DNA of 64,000 bases from Octopus vulgaris (lineage: Eukaryota), in NCBI GenBank assembly GCA_951406725.2, contig OX597816.1, positions 25,978,001-26,042,000 on the forward strand. The letters run 5' to 3'. The number at the start of each line of letters is the position of its first letter. Positions within the stretch are counted from its first letter, which is position 1. Positions 1 through 13,911 of the stretch are shown here, one piece after another. The position numbers and the translations under genes were made by a program. The notes under the pieces were generated by a model. The model was given only the letters and a program-made list of their open reading frames with translations, made no database searches and was not told where the DNA came from.

Positions 1-482
1 CATTTCTGCGTTCAAATCTCACCGAGGAATCGACATGATTTTTTTTCATCCCTAGCCCAATAAATTCTTCCACTTAAGTGTTGGGCAGATTTAATCGGGC
101 TCTTTCTCCTTTTCCATTAAACCTTGGCCTTCAGTCAACGTCAGAAGTCAAAATATTTGTATAACCAAGATAATAAGTAACTTTGCTAATTACTATTGAG
201 TTCATATATCCTGTATTTGCCGGTGAATTGTTGATTAAGCTTAGTATTAGGTTAATCCAATCACAATAGACCTTTGATCAAAAGGAATTCATTTAAGACC
301 ATCTCGTCAGTTTTTCAGCTGCACTATCTCCAGTAAGACATTATCCAACGAAACCTGCCTTTTCGTTTTAAAAGAATAGCATATGATTTGAGAAAATTTA
401 GTTGCTATTTTAGCATGTTGAGCGATCGTGTTGAGGCTCCCTTAATCATACGTCGTTGAATGCAGCACATTAAATATAAACA

Positions 483-1200
483 GCCGAAATGAGGTTCCTC
501 CGAAGTACCTCTGGTATAACCTTACTCGACACCTTGCATAACTCGAAGATGAGAGAATCCCTCTCCAGGTCGAGCCACTCATTGAGACATCACAGCTCTG
601 ACACTACGGACATGTAATTAGAATAGCACAGGGAAGAATCACAAGAGTTCATCAAGCCGAGCCAACGCGCAGGTGACCTAGGAAAATAAACCAAGAACGA
701 GAAAGCTAAATACTATCCATAGTCTCAATAACGATAAACGTCGCCCTTTTCAAGCCTGGCCAGGCTCATGGGCCCGGTTTCCTGGTTTTTGTGGCGTATC
801 TGTTCCCCCCCAGCTGGACGGGACGTCAGTCCATCGCAGCGTTACTCAAGGAACAGGAAGAGAGAGTAGGAGAAAGTTGTGACGAAAGAGTACAACAAGG
901 GTCGCCACCACTTCCTGCCGGAGCCTCATGGAGCTTTTAGGTGTTTTCGCTCAGTAAACACACGCAACGCCTGGTCTGGGAATCGAAACCACGATCCTCC
1001 GACCGCGAGTCCACTGCCCTAACCACTGGGCCATTGCGCCTCCACTCATTGTCTCAATACACGCTTGTAAATATGAATGGGAATTTTAATAATAGTTACT
1101 TCTGCTAGGACCCTGTGTAGGAGTTGCCCGAGGAATCTACCTCCAAAATCACCCTCCACCCCAGGAATAGTTAAAGGATAAAATTGATTGGATGAACAGA
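483..1200 (+). mobile_element. Degraded RTE-clade LINE 3' fragment, interrupted by a SINE
   Basis: Manual translation from 483 gives AEMRFLRSTSGITLLDTLHNSKMRESL..IETSQL*HYGHVIRI..PR..PRTR (with frameshifts), matching the RTE ORF C-terminal pattern EMRFLR..RW.GHV.R..GRPR. Confidence 0.7.
731..1046 (-). mobile_element. tRNA-derived SINE, family A (tail type 1)
   Basis: A box TGGCCCAGTGG and B box GGTTTCGATTCC on the minus strand; 13-bp TSD cat(a/t)gtctcaata at 718-730 and 1047-1059; similar copies at 32828, 46040, 53349. Confidence 0.9.
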
Positions 1201-2194
1201 TAAATGAACGTTAATGCGTGAATGATCTAAGACTGTGGCCCCTGCTCGGTGTATGTCGTTAGTAGTAATTACTTCATTTTACTCATATTGATACTTCTCT
1301 TACGAAAGACATTTATTTCGAAACTTCTAGTCCTTTCTACTCAAAGGTTTTCTTTTCTTTCTTTTTTTTTTGTTTCTTGCCCTTCATGCTCGGTTGAAAG
1401 AGGACACAAAATTACTCTAGTGTCTTCTCTCTGATTTTTTGTATGACAACGTCATATCAAGTTACACCAGATAAAATATATTGTATATCATAAGAACTGA
1501 ATGGATTCGCGAAATATGACCTTTATCATTTAGTAAAACAGTAAAACAGTCACGTCTCAGAGAACCTAATCTGCGTCACTAGTTTGATGACAGCTGGAAA
1601 CGCTTCGTTAGCGTATCATAATTCTTTTCAGGAACGCATTAAGACCACGTCTACTTATCTCCCTCTCGTCGTGTATCCCCCTCTCCTGAATATTACTTAC
1701 GATTGAAGCAGTCATTAGCGCAAAAGTCTAGTCGTTATGCTCGACCTGCTAGAAATGACGGCAGCATATTATTCAAATTACAATTCACTGTCTTAAAACA
1801 AGGACGCATAATAAATATAATGTTGTACTAGATACACCGTGATTTTTAAAATAGACGAAATACTTCTGAACTGATTGTATTCGAACTCTGTTCTCCTGGA
1901 TCAGAACTGACCTAGAAATAACCATAAACAACAACAATATTAACAACAACGGCTGTACTTGTTCTGAAATCATAATTATCAGTACTATGACTACAATCTC
2001 TTACACTACCACCACCACCACCACCATCACAATTAATATTATCGCCTCTCACCATGTCTTCAACCATGCTTCAGAATCCCAAATGTTTTAAAAACGTTCA
2101 TCACAAGACATCGCGATTAAGACAGTTATTATAAAGAAATCCATCACCGGCTAATCAACTTGCACTTGATAAACAGTATCATTATCAACAAAAC

Positions 2195-2960
2195 CCGCCA
2201 CCACCACCGCCAATACCACCAACACCACCACCACAACGACGACGACAATGACGACTACTACCACCACCACCACCACCACCACCACCATTACCACCACCAT
2301 TATCAATGCCATCAACTCTACCATCAATACCATCGAGACCTCCACAACCATCACCACCACCACCACCACCACACCACTACCACACCACAACCACCACATC
2401 ACCACCACCAGCAAAATCACCATTACAGCCACCGCTACCACTCCTACCGTCAACAACACCATTAAAATAATCACTACCACTACCACCACCACCACCACAA
2501 CCACTACCACCACCACTACAACCACCACTGCTACCATCACAACTATCACTGCAACTACAACTCCCACTACCACACCACTACCACCAAAAACATCACTAAT
2601 ACTACTACTATCACTGCCATCACCACTACCAACACACCACCACCACCACCACCATTATCAATGTCATCAACACTACCATCAATACCATCGACACCTTCAC
2701 AACCATCACCACCACCACCACCACCAGCAAAGACACCATTACAGCCACCACCACCACAACTATCACCGCTACCATCACAACTACCACTGCAACTACTACC
2801 CCCACTACCACACCACTATCACCAAAAACATCACTACTAATACTACTATCACTGCCACCACCACTGCCAACACCAACACCAACACCAGCATCACCACTCC
2901 ACTAGTGCCATCAACTCTACCACCACTACTTCCAGCACAAGCACTTCTACCATCACCACC
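2195..2960. repeat. Degenerate (CAC/CAT/CAA)n trinucleotide region with an internal higher-order duplication
   Basis: Directly visible; the blocks accattatcaatg(c/t)catcaac and ccaaaaacatcacta each occur twice. Confidence 0.9.
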
Positions 2961-3848
2961 ACTGCGACAAGCTATCACCTACTTAGATAAGGTTTATTTT
3001 ATTTACCCACTCCTCAAATCAAAGCCCCTTCAGGTAAACTACGCTATCTAATTTGAGTAGCAATAACACACTTCCAGAATAGAATCAAAAGCTTGTGAAC
3101 GAAATATATCTTTCATGTGCCAGTTTCAAAACGCCGTTTTACTTCGTTTTTGCGTTCATATTTTGCATATTTGGTAATTAACTGATAATTAGGCTTCTCA
3201 GCATCACGGTTTTTCATCATTGGGTGGAACCCGTTTCTTAATATCTTGATTACTTTGCACGCGATATATAAGCTCAGATATATAAAAAGCAATTTTGAAA
3301 ATATGCTTATGTTTACAGCAATTGCAGATACGCACACGCAAAGACAGACACACGTTCACGCATACACACACATATATACATACATATACATACAGAACTT
3401 AGTTCACAGTTTTTTTTTTCTTTGATGTTAATCTCCTTTAAGGAACTACCAGCAGCTACTTAGATGTCTTTGACAGTCTCCAAGAAATGTTTGATTAATT
3501 TCATAAAAGAAAATATGGAAAATAAACACCAGACATTTCATCAGCTCAATATTTAAAAAGTTGTGTCAAAAGAAATGCGACAAAAAAAAAATGTTTCTGA
3601 ACAAAAATAATAATAATAATAATAATGTCCCTTTCTGCAATAGGCACAGGGACCTAAATTTTGAGGGTACATCAGTGCTCAGCTGTTGCATCTATCGACC
3701 CTGAAAAAGGATAAAAGTCAAGGTGGCGGAATTTCAATTCACAATATAAAGACGGACAGAAAACTGCTAAGTATTATGATGGGTTTACTGGGCTTCGTAT
3801 ATTTTACCCCAGGGTCACTTTGATGGCATGCACTGCTCTCTCGCACTC

Positions 3849-3927
<79 letters not shown>

Positions 3928-3941
3928 TAATAATAATAATA

Positions 3942-3992
<51 letters not shown>

Positions 3993-3995
3993 TAC

Positions 3996-4730
3996 TCCAA
4001 GTGCAGTCTTCTAGCGCCTACAGAGTATCTCAACAGGCACGATAGAGCTGCACAATATATTCACTGGGTAATCTGTAAAAACCTGGATTTGCCCCATGAA
4101 AAAAACTGGTGGGAACACAAACCACCCCCAGTGCTTGAAAATGACCACATCTCACTCCTCTGGAACTTCACCATTCAAACTGACAGGAAGATAGATGCAA
4201 ATAGGCCAGACATCATATTGAAAGACTTCAAACAAAGAACATGCCTCCTCATTGATATGACTGTCCCAATCGATATAAACGTATCTGTCAAGACCTACCA
4301 AAAACTGAGCAAATATAAAGATCTTGAAATAGAAATCAGCAAAATGTGGAAGCTGAAGACTAAAACAATACCTGTTGTCATAGGTGCCCTGGGAATGATA
4401 GCAAAAGGGGCTGATAGCTACCTAACTCAGATACCAGGAAACCCAAAAATGGCAGAAGTTCAAAAGATAGTGCTCATGGGAACTGCTCATATCCTACGCA
4501 AAATACTCTCTATGTAATCTCAAGGTTTAAAACAAACATAATTTTCGGTTTAAAAAAAAAAAAAACAACTTTTTTTTTTTAGACATTCATTAGTACAACA
4601 TCCCCACCCCCCAAATATATGGCACACTAGGCATAACAACAACATGAACTTCCAACCCTGTTGTCTCTTGAGGTCTCTGGGTTAGACTTGGAGCCAACTT
4701 GTACAAATATAAAGCAAAAGTCAAACATAG
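3996..4730 (+). mobile_element. 5'-truncated R4/Dong-clade non-LTR retrotransposon (restriction-like endonuclease domain plus 3' UTR) inserted in (TAA)n
   Basis: Open frame 3996-4517: CSLLAPTEYLNRHD..WWEHKP..WNFTIQTD..NRPDI..IDMTVP..KLSKYKDL..IPVVIGALG..GTAHILRK*, i.e. RHD and PD..D..K..KY RLE motifs; (TAA)n on both sides (3849-3990, 4731-4802), the known Dong target. Confidence 0.92.
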
Positions 4731-4747
4731 AATAATAATAATAATAT

Positions 4748-4803
<56 letters not shown>

Positions 4804-4884
4804 ACATAAATTCAACAATAAAGGCAGTAATTGACAACTGCCCTACTACCACTACTACCACAACCCTAACCCCTGACAGTGGTA

Positions 4885-5411
4885 ATGGAGGAACTGAAAC
4901 AGTGCCTCGTTGCAAAGAAAGCAAATATAGTAAGATACGACCAAAGAATGAAGGGTTACCAGCAGAATATGTTATTCAGAGTAGATTAGAAGAGATTCTA
5001 TAAAGAAATAAATGGAGAGTGTTCAGATGAAAAGTTTATACCAGATAACATTGAAAGTCAGTGGCTTTGGAGTGACATCTGGAGCAAAGACAAAGAGCAC
5101 AAGAAGGATGCTGAATGGTTGCAAGAACTGAAACAAACAGTAGTCTGTCCAAAACAGGCAGAAGTAGTCATTTCAGTTAGGGAAGTGAAGGAAATCAGCA
5201 AGAAAATAAGCAACTGGAATACCCGGGGACCAGATGGAGTTCAAGGCTACTGGATCAAAAGATTTAGTGAATGTCATGCACGAATAGCTGCACAATTCAA
5301 CACCTTGTTAATGGCCGACTAAGTAACACCAGAGTGGTTGACAATGGGCAGGTCAGTGCTGAGCTTGAAAATCATCAAAAAAGGCAATTCGGTAGACAAT
5401 TACAGGCCGAT
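4885..5411 (+). mobile_element. R4/Dong-clade LINE internal fragment (pre-RT region and RT domains 0-1), with stops
   Basis: One frame reads ..YQQNMLF..KRFY..WSDIWS..NWNTRGPDGVQGYWIK..PEWLTMGR..NYRP, with two in-frame stops. Confidence 0.85.
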
Positions 5412-5429
5412 GGTGGGGGGACAAACACA

Positions 5430-5512
<83 letters not shown>

Positions 5513-5645
5513 ATTAGCTTCTTTCAGTTTCAGCCTACCAAATCCACTTGCAACACCTTGGTTGGCCTGAAGCTTTAGTAGAAGACACTTGCTCAAGGTG
5601 CCACGCATTGGGAATGAACCTGAACCATGTGGTTGGGTAGCAGGC
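5410..5645 (-). mobile_element. SINE family C, partial
   Basis: Matches the 5' half and internal (CA)n of full copies at 22609, 49481, 51603. Confidence 0.75.
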
Positions 5646-6067
5646 TCTATTTTTTCCTTTTTCTCTCTGTCTTTCTTCCCTTTATCCTCTATCACATGAC
5701 TTTGTAAATGAACAATCTAGTGTATTTATTTTAATGGCCTACCAATTTATACAGTGCGTTTCTCTGCCCTTTCAGGAAGACACTCGGCAAGAAATAGAAA
5801 TAGAATAATAGTAATCTTTCTAATACCTACACAAGGCTTGGAAATATTGGGGTAAGGGTGTAAATGATTACGTCGATCCAAGTGCTCTGGTGCTACGTAT
5901 TGTTTCAACGCCGAACAGATGTATAATAAAAGAAAATAAAATGAAATTAGTCATTGGAAATTAAAGTCCTATATTCTAACCATTATAATAATCGCTATAG
6001 TCATAATCATCCCCGCCACCAACACCACTATCATCATCAACATCATTGTCACTACTTCGACAACAAC

Positions 6068-6295
6068 CTATTTCTTTACTATCCACAAGGGGCTAAACAC
6101 AGAGGGGACAAACAAGAACAGACACACAGATTAAGCCGATTATATCGACCCCAGTGCGTAACTGGCACTTAATTTATCGACCCCGAAAGGATGAAAGGCA
6201 AAGTCGACCTCGGCAGAATTTGAACTCAGAACTTAGCGGCAGACATAAATACTGCTAAGCATTTCGCCCGGCGGGCTATCGTTTCTGCCAGCTCG
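6068..6295 (-). mobile_element. tRNA-derived SINE, family B
   Basis: B box GAGTTCAAATTC; central block gcctttcatcctttcggggtcgataaa; tail ..cttgtgg..aataaagaaata type; many copies in the window. Confidence 0.9.
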
Positions 6296-6739
6296 ACAAC
6301 AACCTCCACCTTCAACAACGACTAGGACAACATCATCATCGTCGTTGCATACCCCATTAGTCTCACCAGCTACGTCGCAATCTTTATCCCCCATACTCGT
6401 CATCAGTATAGCCATCGAGTTCATATGGATGATATTTGTCCTTCTTCGACAGAAAATATTGAGCATAGCTGCTTAATGATCTTCCTCATGCATTTATTCA
6501 TTCACATCAGCAGCACCAATAAATAATTATAGAAATAAATACGTTTTTGTATAATCGTCCTTTCTCGCTCTATGTTATCGGATATTCTGGCGTTATCTGG
6601 ATAACTATGTTATCATATATTAGATGATGGTTTTACTTAGCCTTAGGTCTTTCGGAAATGAGTTTTAATTTGGTACAGGAAATTCATCTATATACGTATA
6701 TATACAAACAAACGTTCATACACAAATAAGTGCGCGCGA

Positions 6740-7194
6740 AAGAGAAAGAGAGGGTGTGTGTGTGCATGTGTTTATGTATGAAACTGATATAGAGAGATAC
6801 ATCTATACAAGCATGCATATACACGTATGTGCATATATACAGTCAGACACACACACACACACACACACACACGTTTATATATAAATATATGTGTAAGTAT
6901 GCGTTTCTGTACAAATGAGTGTGTATGTGTGTGGATTCATGTATGGATGGGCAAATGTCTGGCAAATGGTTATATGGATGGGCAAATGGCTGGCAAATAT
7001 CATGTAAGAATGCGCGTATGTAAGAGTGTATGGATCTATGTATGCATGCAGGCATGAATGAATGTGGTGCATTATGGGCAAGTAGTTTAGAAATAAGCTA
7101 CTATTTAGACAAATATATCCGCGTGAAGGCTACTTGTGTGTTTGTTTGTGTGATCTGTGTGTGTGGGCAAATGTGTATCTCCGGGTAAAACGTG

Positions 7195-7259
<65 letters not shown>

Positions 7260-7320
7260 GTCTGTCTGTCTGTCTGTCTGTCTTTCTGTCTATCCATTCA
7301 TCCGTCCATCTATCCATCCA

Positions 7321-7388
<68 letters not shown>

Positions 7389-7511
7389 CCTATCTACCTA
7401 CCTATCTATCTATCTATCTATCTATATGTGTATATATTCTTTTTCTATAAATGCGTATGACGTCAAAATATGTATATACATACACACACACATACTCTCT
7501 CTCTCTCGATC

Positions 7512-7543
<32 letters not shown>

Positions 7544-8713
7544 CCTACGCATAGAGACATACGTTTATATACGAGTGTGTGTCTGTGTTTGTGTGTACAG
7601 AAATGCACACACACACATACACACACACAAATATGCACACTCGCATATATATTCATGCATACATATATGAATATACATACACACACACACATATGTATAT
7701 ATGTGCGTGTGTGTGTGCGTGTTCATGCTTATGTGTGCGTGTGTTCATACACAACGGTACCTCAATGTATTCCTCGTTAAAATAAACAATGAATGAAGGT
7801 ACACCCCGTCGCTTCGATTCAACTGAAATCTGAATTCATTGACTTTTTAATTGGAAGGGGTTCTAAGAATAACAGAAGCAACACAACTGGTTTGTTCTAT
7901 ACAAAACAAATAAATCTTCCATAGAAATTTCTCACAACTGGTATTAAACAGATGTTTCTTTAGTAAATAGATAACTTCACACAAATGGCTTCCAACAAAC
8001 AGGGCGAAAACGGGAAACGTGCAGGCCCGCAAGTTGGAATATACTTATGAGTTTCATGCGCGCGCGTGTGTGTGTGTGTGTGTGCGCGCACGCGCTACGT
8101 GTGTGTTGTATACATCCTCCCACAAACACAAACACACACACATCTACATGTACGCTCGCACATATATGCATGTAAGTATGGATGTATATATGTAGATATA
8201 TATATATATATAAGAAAAAGGGACAGGCAAAACAGGTTGCTTGACCGCATACCGAAAAAAATAGAAATAGCAGTCAAGAATGCTTATTTCTATCAAAGTT
8301 GGACTCCGGGCATGACAGACCCTGTAATTCACATATGCAAAACAGAAGGAATAGATAACGAATACGAAGCCTGGCGGTTAAGAAGTTCCTGCCGATAATC
8401 GGCTATATTTACATACCGAATTCTACCAGTAAATAATTGGGGTTTTTTTAAAAGCCTTTATAGAAATTATTTACTCTTATCATTATATTATATATATATA
8501 TATATAGATAGATAGATAGATAGATAGATACATACATACATACATACATACATACATACATACATACATACATACATACATACATACATGGTAATAGTAT
8601 AGATATCCACACATACATAGAAAGAATATACTCATACGCAACCAGGCACACACATGCCTACACACACGCACATATGCACACGCTCGCGCGACGCCCTCCC
8701 GCGCACACACACA

Positions 8714-8760
<47 letters not shown>

Positions 8761-8956
8761 ATAAATATGTATATGATGTATGATATTTCGTCGAGTACAT
8801 ATCCCCTTTGTAACTTTTTCTATATACATGTATACTCACACACACACACACATACACGTACACATGCAGACATACAGACATACAGACAGAGATTCTGATA
8901 TACAAACACTCCCACGCACACACATATACTGATATACAAACACCCCCACGCACACA

Positions 8957-9025
<69 letters not shown>

Positions 9026-9160
9026 ATGTGCGTGTGTGTGTGTGTGCTTGTGTGTGTATGTATGTGTGTGTGTGTATAAATATGTGAGCGTTTGTGTGAG
9101 GCTATGTGTGTGTATGTGTGTATGTGTGTCTCTGTGTGTGTGCGCGCGCGTGTATCGAGG
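6740..9160. repeat. Compound microsatellite cluster: (CA)n, (TATC)n, (TC)n, (TA)n, (TACA)n
   Basis: Directly visible; explains the many HTHT/YLSI/IYIY ORFs. Confidence 0.95.
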
Positions 9161-9469
9161 CAAGTTTTGTCACAAACATATGGGTAAGAAGAAGAATAAA
9201 AGGGCGAAATCATGATAAAATTTACAAAAAAAAAATAGACAGAACGACGTTAGAAATATTACAACGTTAATGATATAACAGACATAAGACATTAGACCTC
9301 CATATATGTGTCAGTGGCAACTTATATAAAGGAAAAGTACGAATGAAGATATTGTACATATGTTTCTATTTTAAATAGGAATACGATCGTATTCTTTTCT
9401 CATTATTCTATTATAACCGGGTGAAACAGAAATGAAGCAGGTAATTCATTTCGTAATGATGTTTAGAAA

Positions 9470-10690
9470 TGGCAAAGTGGGTTGGCTTCGAGTAAACACT
9501 TCCGCTTCTTGTGGAAGGGACGCATCCCGATGGTCAGGCAGTCTATCTGCTGTCAACACCCGCTAAGTGTTGGCCTAGGCATGCCGTGGTTGATGATGCG
9601 CAGACAGGCGCTGAGGCTACGACTTTCCCAGTGCTTCCTTGACGGTGAAGAGGTGTGGTCGCCGTTCGCCAGACACGTATTTCTGCAGCTAGTTTTTTTT
9701 TAACAGAGTTGCACTTCTGGGTAAAACAGAGACCGAGTGGGAGCATTTGAAAAGTGGAATGTCTTCAAGCGCTCACAGCCCTCAGCCAATCGAACACTAC
9801 GATAGGTGGAACGTCCATTTTATTTTTTTTTTTATAGAGAAGTAGTGGAGGAAAAGCGCGACGACGTTCTTAGGGAAATCTTGAGGGTCGAAGATCACCT
9901 AGCTGCTCTTTTCCGGAGAACTTTCGGCCCAGGACCGATGGATAACTTACAAAAATCTCTGGCCTGACAGTGCTACCAGGGGGCTTTGCCTGTACGAGAT
10001 AACCTTTACAGGCACGGAAGTGCCGCCAGCCGAGCATGTTCGAGATGTGCGCAGAACGACGAGACGGTCTTGCATGGACTCGTCCAGTGCCCGAGCATTG
10101 CTGACCTGTGGGTTTATGTCGAACACCTGCTGTCGTATGTGTGACGGATCCGGCTGTCAACTGACTCCATCATGATGATCGCCCTGCCGCCTTCCTTTAA
10201 TCTGGAAGGAAAGGCTGTGTTTATATCTCTGGTGGCCATGGCGAAAGAGGTTGTATTGTGGACGAGATTGAAGGATTTGAAGACAAACACTTTTCTCTTT
10301 TGCCAATCCTTGACCAACACCTTCAAATTTCACTTGAACAAGAAAGTAAGGGAAAAGAGAGAGAAGTATTTTCTTCTATCCAGTTTACTGAAAGGTGGAT
10401 GATAGAGGCGAGAATAATGCAGTTGGAAAAAAAAGGAAGGAAAAAAGGCATCTGCTCCAAAAGTCAGGATACTCTGTTTTTTTATGGGATTTTTCCATGA
10501 GCATCCCTCGAACGTCTCGTCCCTACTGACGATCACACGTTCTAGATTTAACAAGAAAATATTCATCTTGTTTATACGCAAAACCCCAACAAGAACACTC
10601 ACACACATACATACACACATTTTACGTTTTGTCCTGTACTGTCCATAATGTTTTTCTTAATGTAAAACCTTGTAGTTAATAAAGAAATCA
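9470..10690 (+). mobile_element. 5'-truncated Tx1/L1-clade LINE (ORF2 C-terminus plus 3' UTR)
   Basis: FRFLWKG..V..P..GLGMPWL motif, then CSRCAQNDETVLHGLVQC (CCHC zinc finger typical of the L1/Tx1 ORF2 end); stops and frameshifts; ends aataaagaaatc followed by (att)n. Confidence 0.85.
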
Positions 10691-10715
10691 CCATTATTAT
10701 TATTATAATTATTAT

Positions 10716-10951
10716 GTTTGACTTTTGCTTTAAATTTGTACAAGTTGGCTCCAAGTCTCACCCAGAGACATTACATAGAAACTATTTTGCGTAGGTTATG
10801 AGCAGTTCCCATGAGCACTATCTTTTGAATTTCTGCCATTTTGGGGTTTCCTGGTATCTGAGTTAGGTAGCGATCAGCCCCTTTTGCTATCATTCCCAGG
10901 GCACCTATGACAACAGGTATTGTTTTAGTCTTCAGGTTCCACATTTTGCTG

Positions 10952-10955
<4 letters not shown>
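10716..10955 (-). mobile_element. Second R4/Dong 3' fragment with an internal deletion, in (TAA)n
   Basis: Reverse complement matches 4333-4517 joined directly to about 4690-4730; (ATT)n on both sides. Confidence 0.9.
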
Positions 10956-11021
<66 letters not shown>

Positions 11022-11046
11022 TATTACCTTTGCACAGCTTCTAACG

Positions 11047-11410
11047 CTCTTCACTACCGGTGAAATCATAAGTATAGTCAATGAATCACCGAAGCTTCGC
11101 AATACTGAGCCGATGATTCACCGATTACTGGCCTGTAGAGTGCTTGAAGTGTAGGCGTGCGGTTTTGTACTAAGTTCACATATTCCATTCACCTTCATAA
11201 TGCCAAGAAACTGTATAAACACCGGTGACTTAACATTCAAGTCACTAAGACGGCGTTTCGCGCCATTGATTAAAAAGTGTTATGAGCATTATTTTGACTG
11301 CCAAGTGTGTGACCAGGATAAAAGCTGGGCCCCTCATGTGTGTTGTGTAACCTGTGGCAGGCTTCTCACTGCATGGGCCAAAGGTCACACGCCATATGCC
11401 TTTTGCCATA
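11047..11410 (+). mobile_element. DNA-transposon 5' fragment encoding a Cys-rich transposase N-terminus (Chapaev3/CMC-like)
   Basis: ORF from 11200: MPRNCIN..GDLTFKS..YEHYFDCQVCDQDKSWAPHVCCVTC..AWAKG, then a frameshifted MPFA; the DQDKSWAPH.CC..C..MPFA motif is recognised from memory of this transposase family, and the superfamily call is tentative. Confidence 0.55.
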
Positions 11411-11429
11411 TTGTTGTTGTTGTTGTTGC

Positions 11430-11460
<31 letters not shown>

Positions 11461-11486
11461 GTTGTTGTTGTTGTTGTTGTTGCTGA

Positions 11487-11872
11487 TTACTCTTTTACTT
11501 GTTTCAGTCATTTGACTGTGGCCATACTGTAGCATCGCCTTTAATCGAACAAATCGACACCAGGGCTTATTCTTTGTAAGCCTAGTACTTATTCTATCGG
11601 TCTCATTGCCGAACCGCTAAGTTACGGGGACGTAAACACACCACCGTCGGTTGCCAAGCGATGTTGGGGGGGGGGACAAACACAGAGACACAAACATATA
11701 CACACACATACATATATATATACATATACACGACGGGCTTTTTGCAGTTTCCGTCTACCAAATTCGCTCACAAGGCTTTGGTCGGCCCGAGGCTATAGTA
11801 GAAGACTCTTGCCCAAGGTGCCACGCAGTGGGACTGAACCGGGAACCATGTGATTGTTAAGCAAGCTACTTT
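11487..11872 (-). mobile_element. SINE family C
   Basis: tRNA-like head, CORE-like ggcaccttgggcaag, internal (TA)n(TG)n, tail ending gactgaaacaagtaaaagag. Confidence 0.9.
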
Positions 11873-13499
11873 ATTTCATTTCATTAAATTTGTCATGAAG
11901 ACAGTACAAAGGTTGGGTAGCTTTGCAGGCTGGACAAAAACATTAATGAAGGAAATGAAATAAAATGAATAAATGAGAGACGAAACATAACACCCACCGA
12001 TTGGATTTTTCTCGAAGACATATTTTCTTTTTTAAAAATCAATATAGGTTTTCAAACCTCTTAAAAGAAGGAGGCACTAAAACCTCTTACTTAACATGTT
12101 TTTTTTAATACACAATTGAGGTTATCAACCACTACAAATAATACAATAAGATGAGGTTTCAAACCCTCTGACGAGGCTTTTTCACCTCCAACTCATCGAT
12201 ATATCCATCAATATATCCACCATTATCTTCAATGCCGCTTGAGTTCCTGTATCCCACCACCATTTCACATGCTTCATGAGTGAGGCATGTGAAATTTTCG
12301 GGGTCGATAAAATTAAGTACCAGTCAAGTGCTGGGGTCGATGTAAATGACTATCCCCTCCCCACAAATTCCAGGCCTTGTGCAAAAATAATTATTATGAT
12401 TGTTGTGCAGAAATTATTATTATTATTGTTGTCGTCGCGGTAAGTCTTCTTTCATAGCACTCTCATTTCTGGAGACATTTTGTGATTTATATTCAAAGTT
12501 GGATTACTTTTCCTATGTAAATTTGTTTGAACTGATTCAAAGCAAAATTAACATTATTGACATTTTTTTATCACCCGCTGAGTGTGGAAGAATATGTTTT
12601 TGAAAGCATGTTTTTCTGTTTCTCATTTCATTTTATTTTTTTGTTAACATTCAGCTACGTGTCGCAAGATACGCTCCGCCAAACAAGCCTAAGTTGTGAC
12701 AGCTGCATAGGAAACACACAAACGTCACAAAAAGAAAACAGAAAAAAAGATATTGTACAACAAAGCGCTAACACGTTGAAACAAAACCAATATTGATATA
12801 TCCGGTGTTATTATTACGAATGAAAGAGGATTTTGACCGCTCAAAATCAACAATGGCAATAAGCAATGACGAAATACAACAACAAAAACAACGACAACAG
12901 TAACAAAGCCAACCTCAACAACCACAACAACAATATAAGCTGGTTAAAATCGCTTCCAATTAAGAACTCGTAAATACATGTCCAATCTCAGAAAAATGTC
13001 CAGCGGCGAAGTGGTAGATTTGTGGTAGAATTGTTAGGGCATCGGAAAAAAATATTTAGCATCATTTCTTCAAGCTCTCTTGCTTTCCGAGTTGAAATTC
13101 TATCGGGGTTAAATTCTCTGTTCATCCCGTAGGAAATCTTTTAAAGTAAAACAGCAATTAAACACTGAGGTCTATGTAATTGATTTCACCATCTCCTCTA
13201 AAAAAAATTGCTGGACTTCTGCCACAAATTAAAGCCGTTAATATAATTACTAGGTCAATTTTATATTCATCAACTTCGTCACCATAATCACCACCACCAC
13301 TGTCGCCGTATTCTTCCTCCTCTTCTTCTTCTTCTTCTTCCTCGTCCTCTTCCTCTTTCTCGTCCTCCCCCATCCTTCCCCTCCCCCATCCTTCCGCTCC
13401 CCCACCCTCCTCCTCCTTCTTCTTCTTCTTCTTCTCCTCCTCCTTCTTCTTCTTCTTCTTCTTCTTCTTCTTCTTCTTCTTCTTCTTCTTCTTCTTCCA

Positions 13500-13870
13500 A
13501 TCAGGACTCCCGCCATTAGCCACCAAGAATAATCTCTAATTCGAGCCTACTCTAAGCTACTAAGAATGCGTGTGGCAACTTGAAGATCCACCCACCACAC
13601 GGGATAGACTGGCGGTTGCACGGGCGCGAAAACTACGTTGTTATCCTCATTCCGTAAAGGGTGGCTTTTAACGGGTGGAGATCTGAACCACCCTGGGGCA
13701 CAGAGGATGAAAACCAACATGAAAGTCGCAGGTTTGGCTTTTTTTTTTTTCACAACCCCACCTCTTCTGAGGATCGAACCCTAGAGCTTGTGCATTACTG
13801 TGCTAATACCTGCATTTGTAAGATCCAGTCGAGCCTCTTGCTCCCCACCACTTTGGCCTAGGGATACTAT
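13500..13870 (-). mobile_element. Unclassified SINE-like element ending in an (AAG)n tract
   Basis: B-box-like AGGGTTCGATCCTC on the minus strand near 13768-13783; GC-richer than its flanks; abuts (CTT)n at about 13415-13497. Confidence 0.3.
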
Positions 13871-13911
13871 TTAAATCTATTAGATATGCCACAAACCCCC
13901 TAGCAATGAAT

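Noticed and set aside
1573-1620. Hammerhead-like TTGATGA-cagctg-GAAA-cgct..agcg-TA
   Set aside because: Stem III pairs but stem I does not, and stem II has no loop; not counted
2151-3051. Thr-rich, His-rich and Val-rich ORFs resembling mucin or His-rich proteins
   Set aside because: Several frames on both strands are open because the DNA is a (CAC/CAT)n repeat; no splice context or non-repetitive domain
8215-8480. (TA)n-flanked 270-bp insert as another hammerhead element
   Set aside because: Context fits but no recognisable CUGANGA/GAAA core remains; the same applies to about 52480-52525 and 56100-56185
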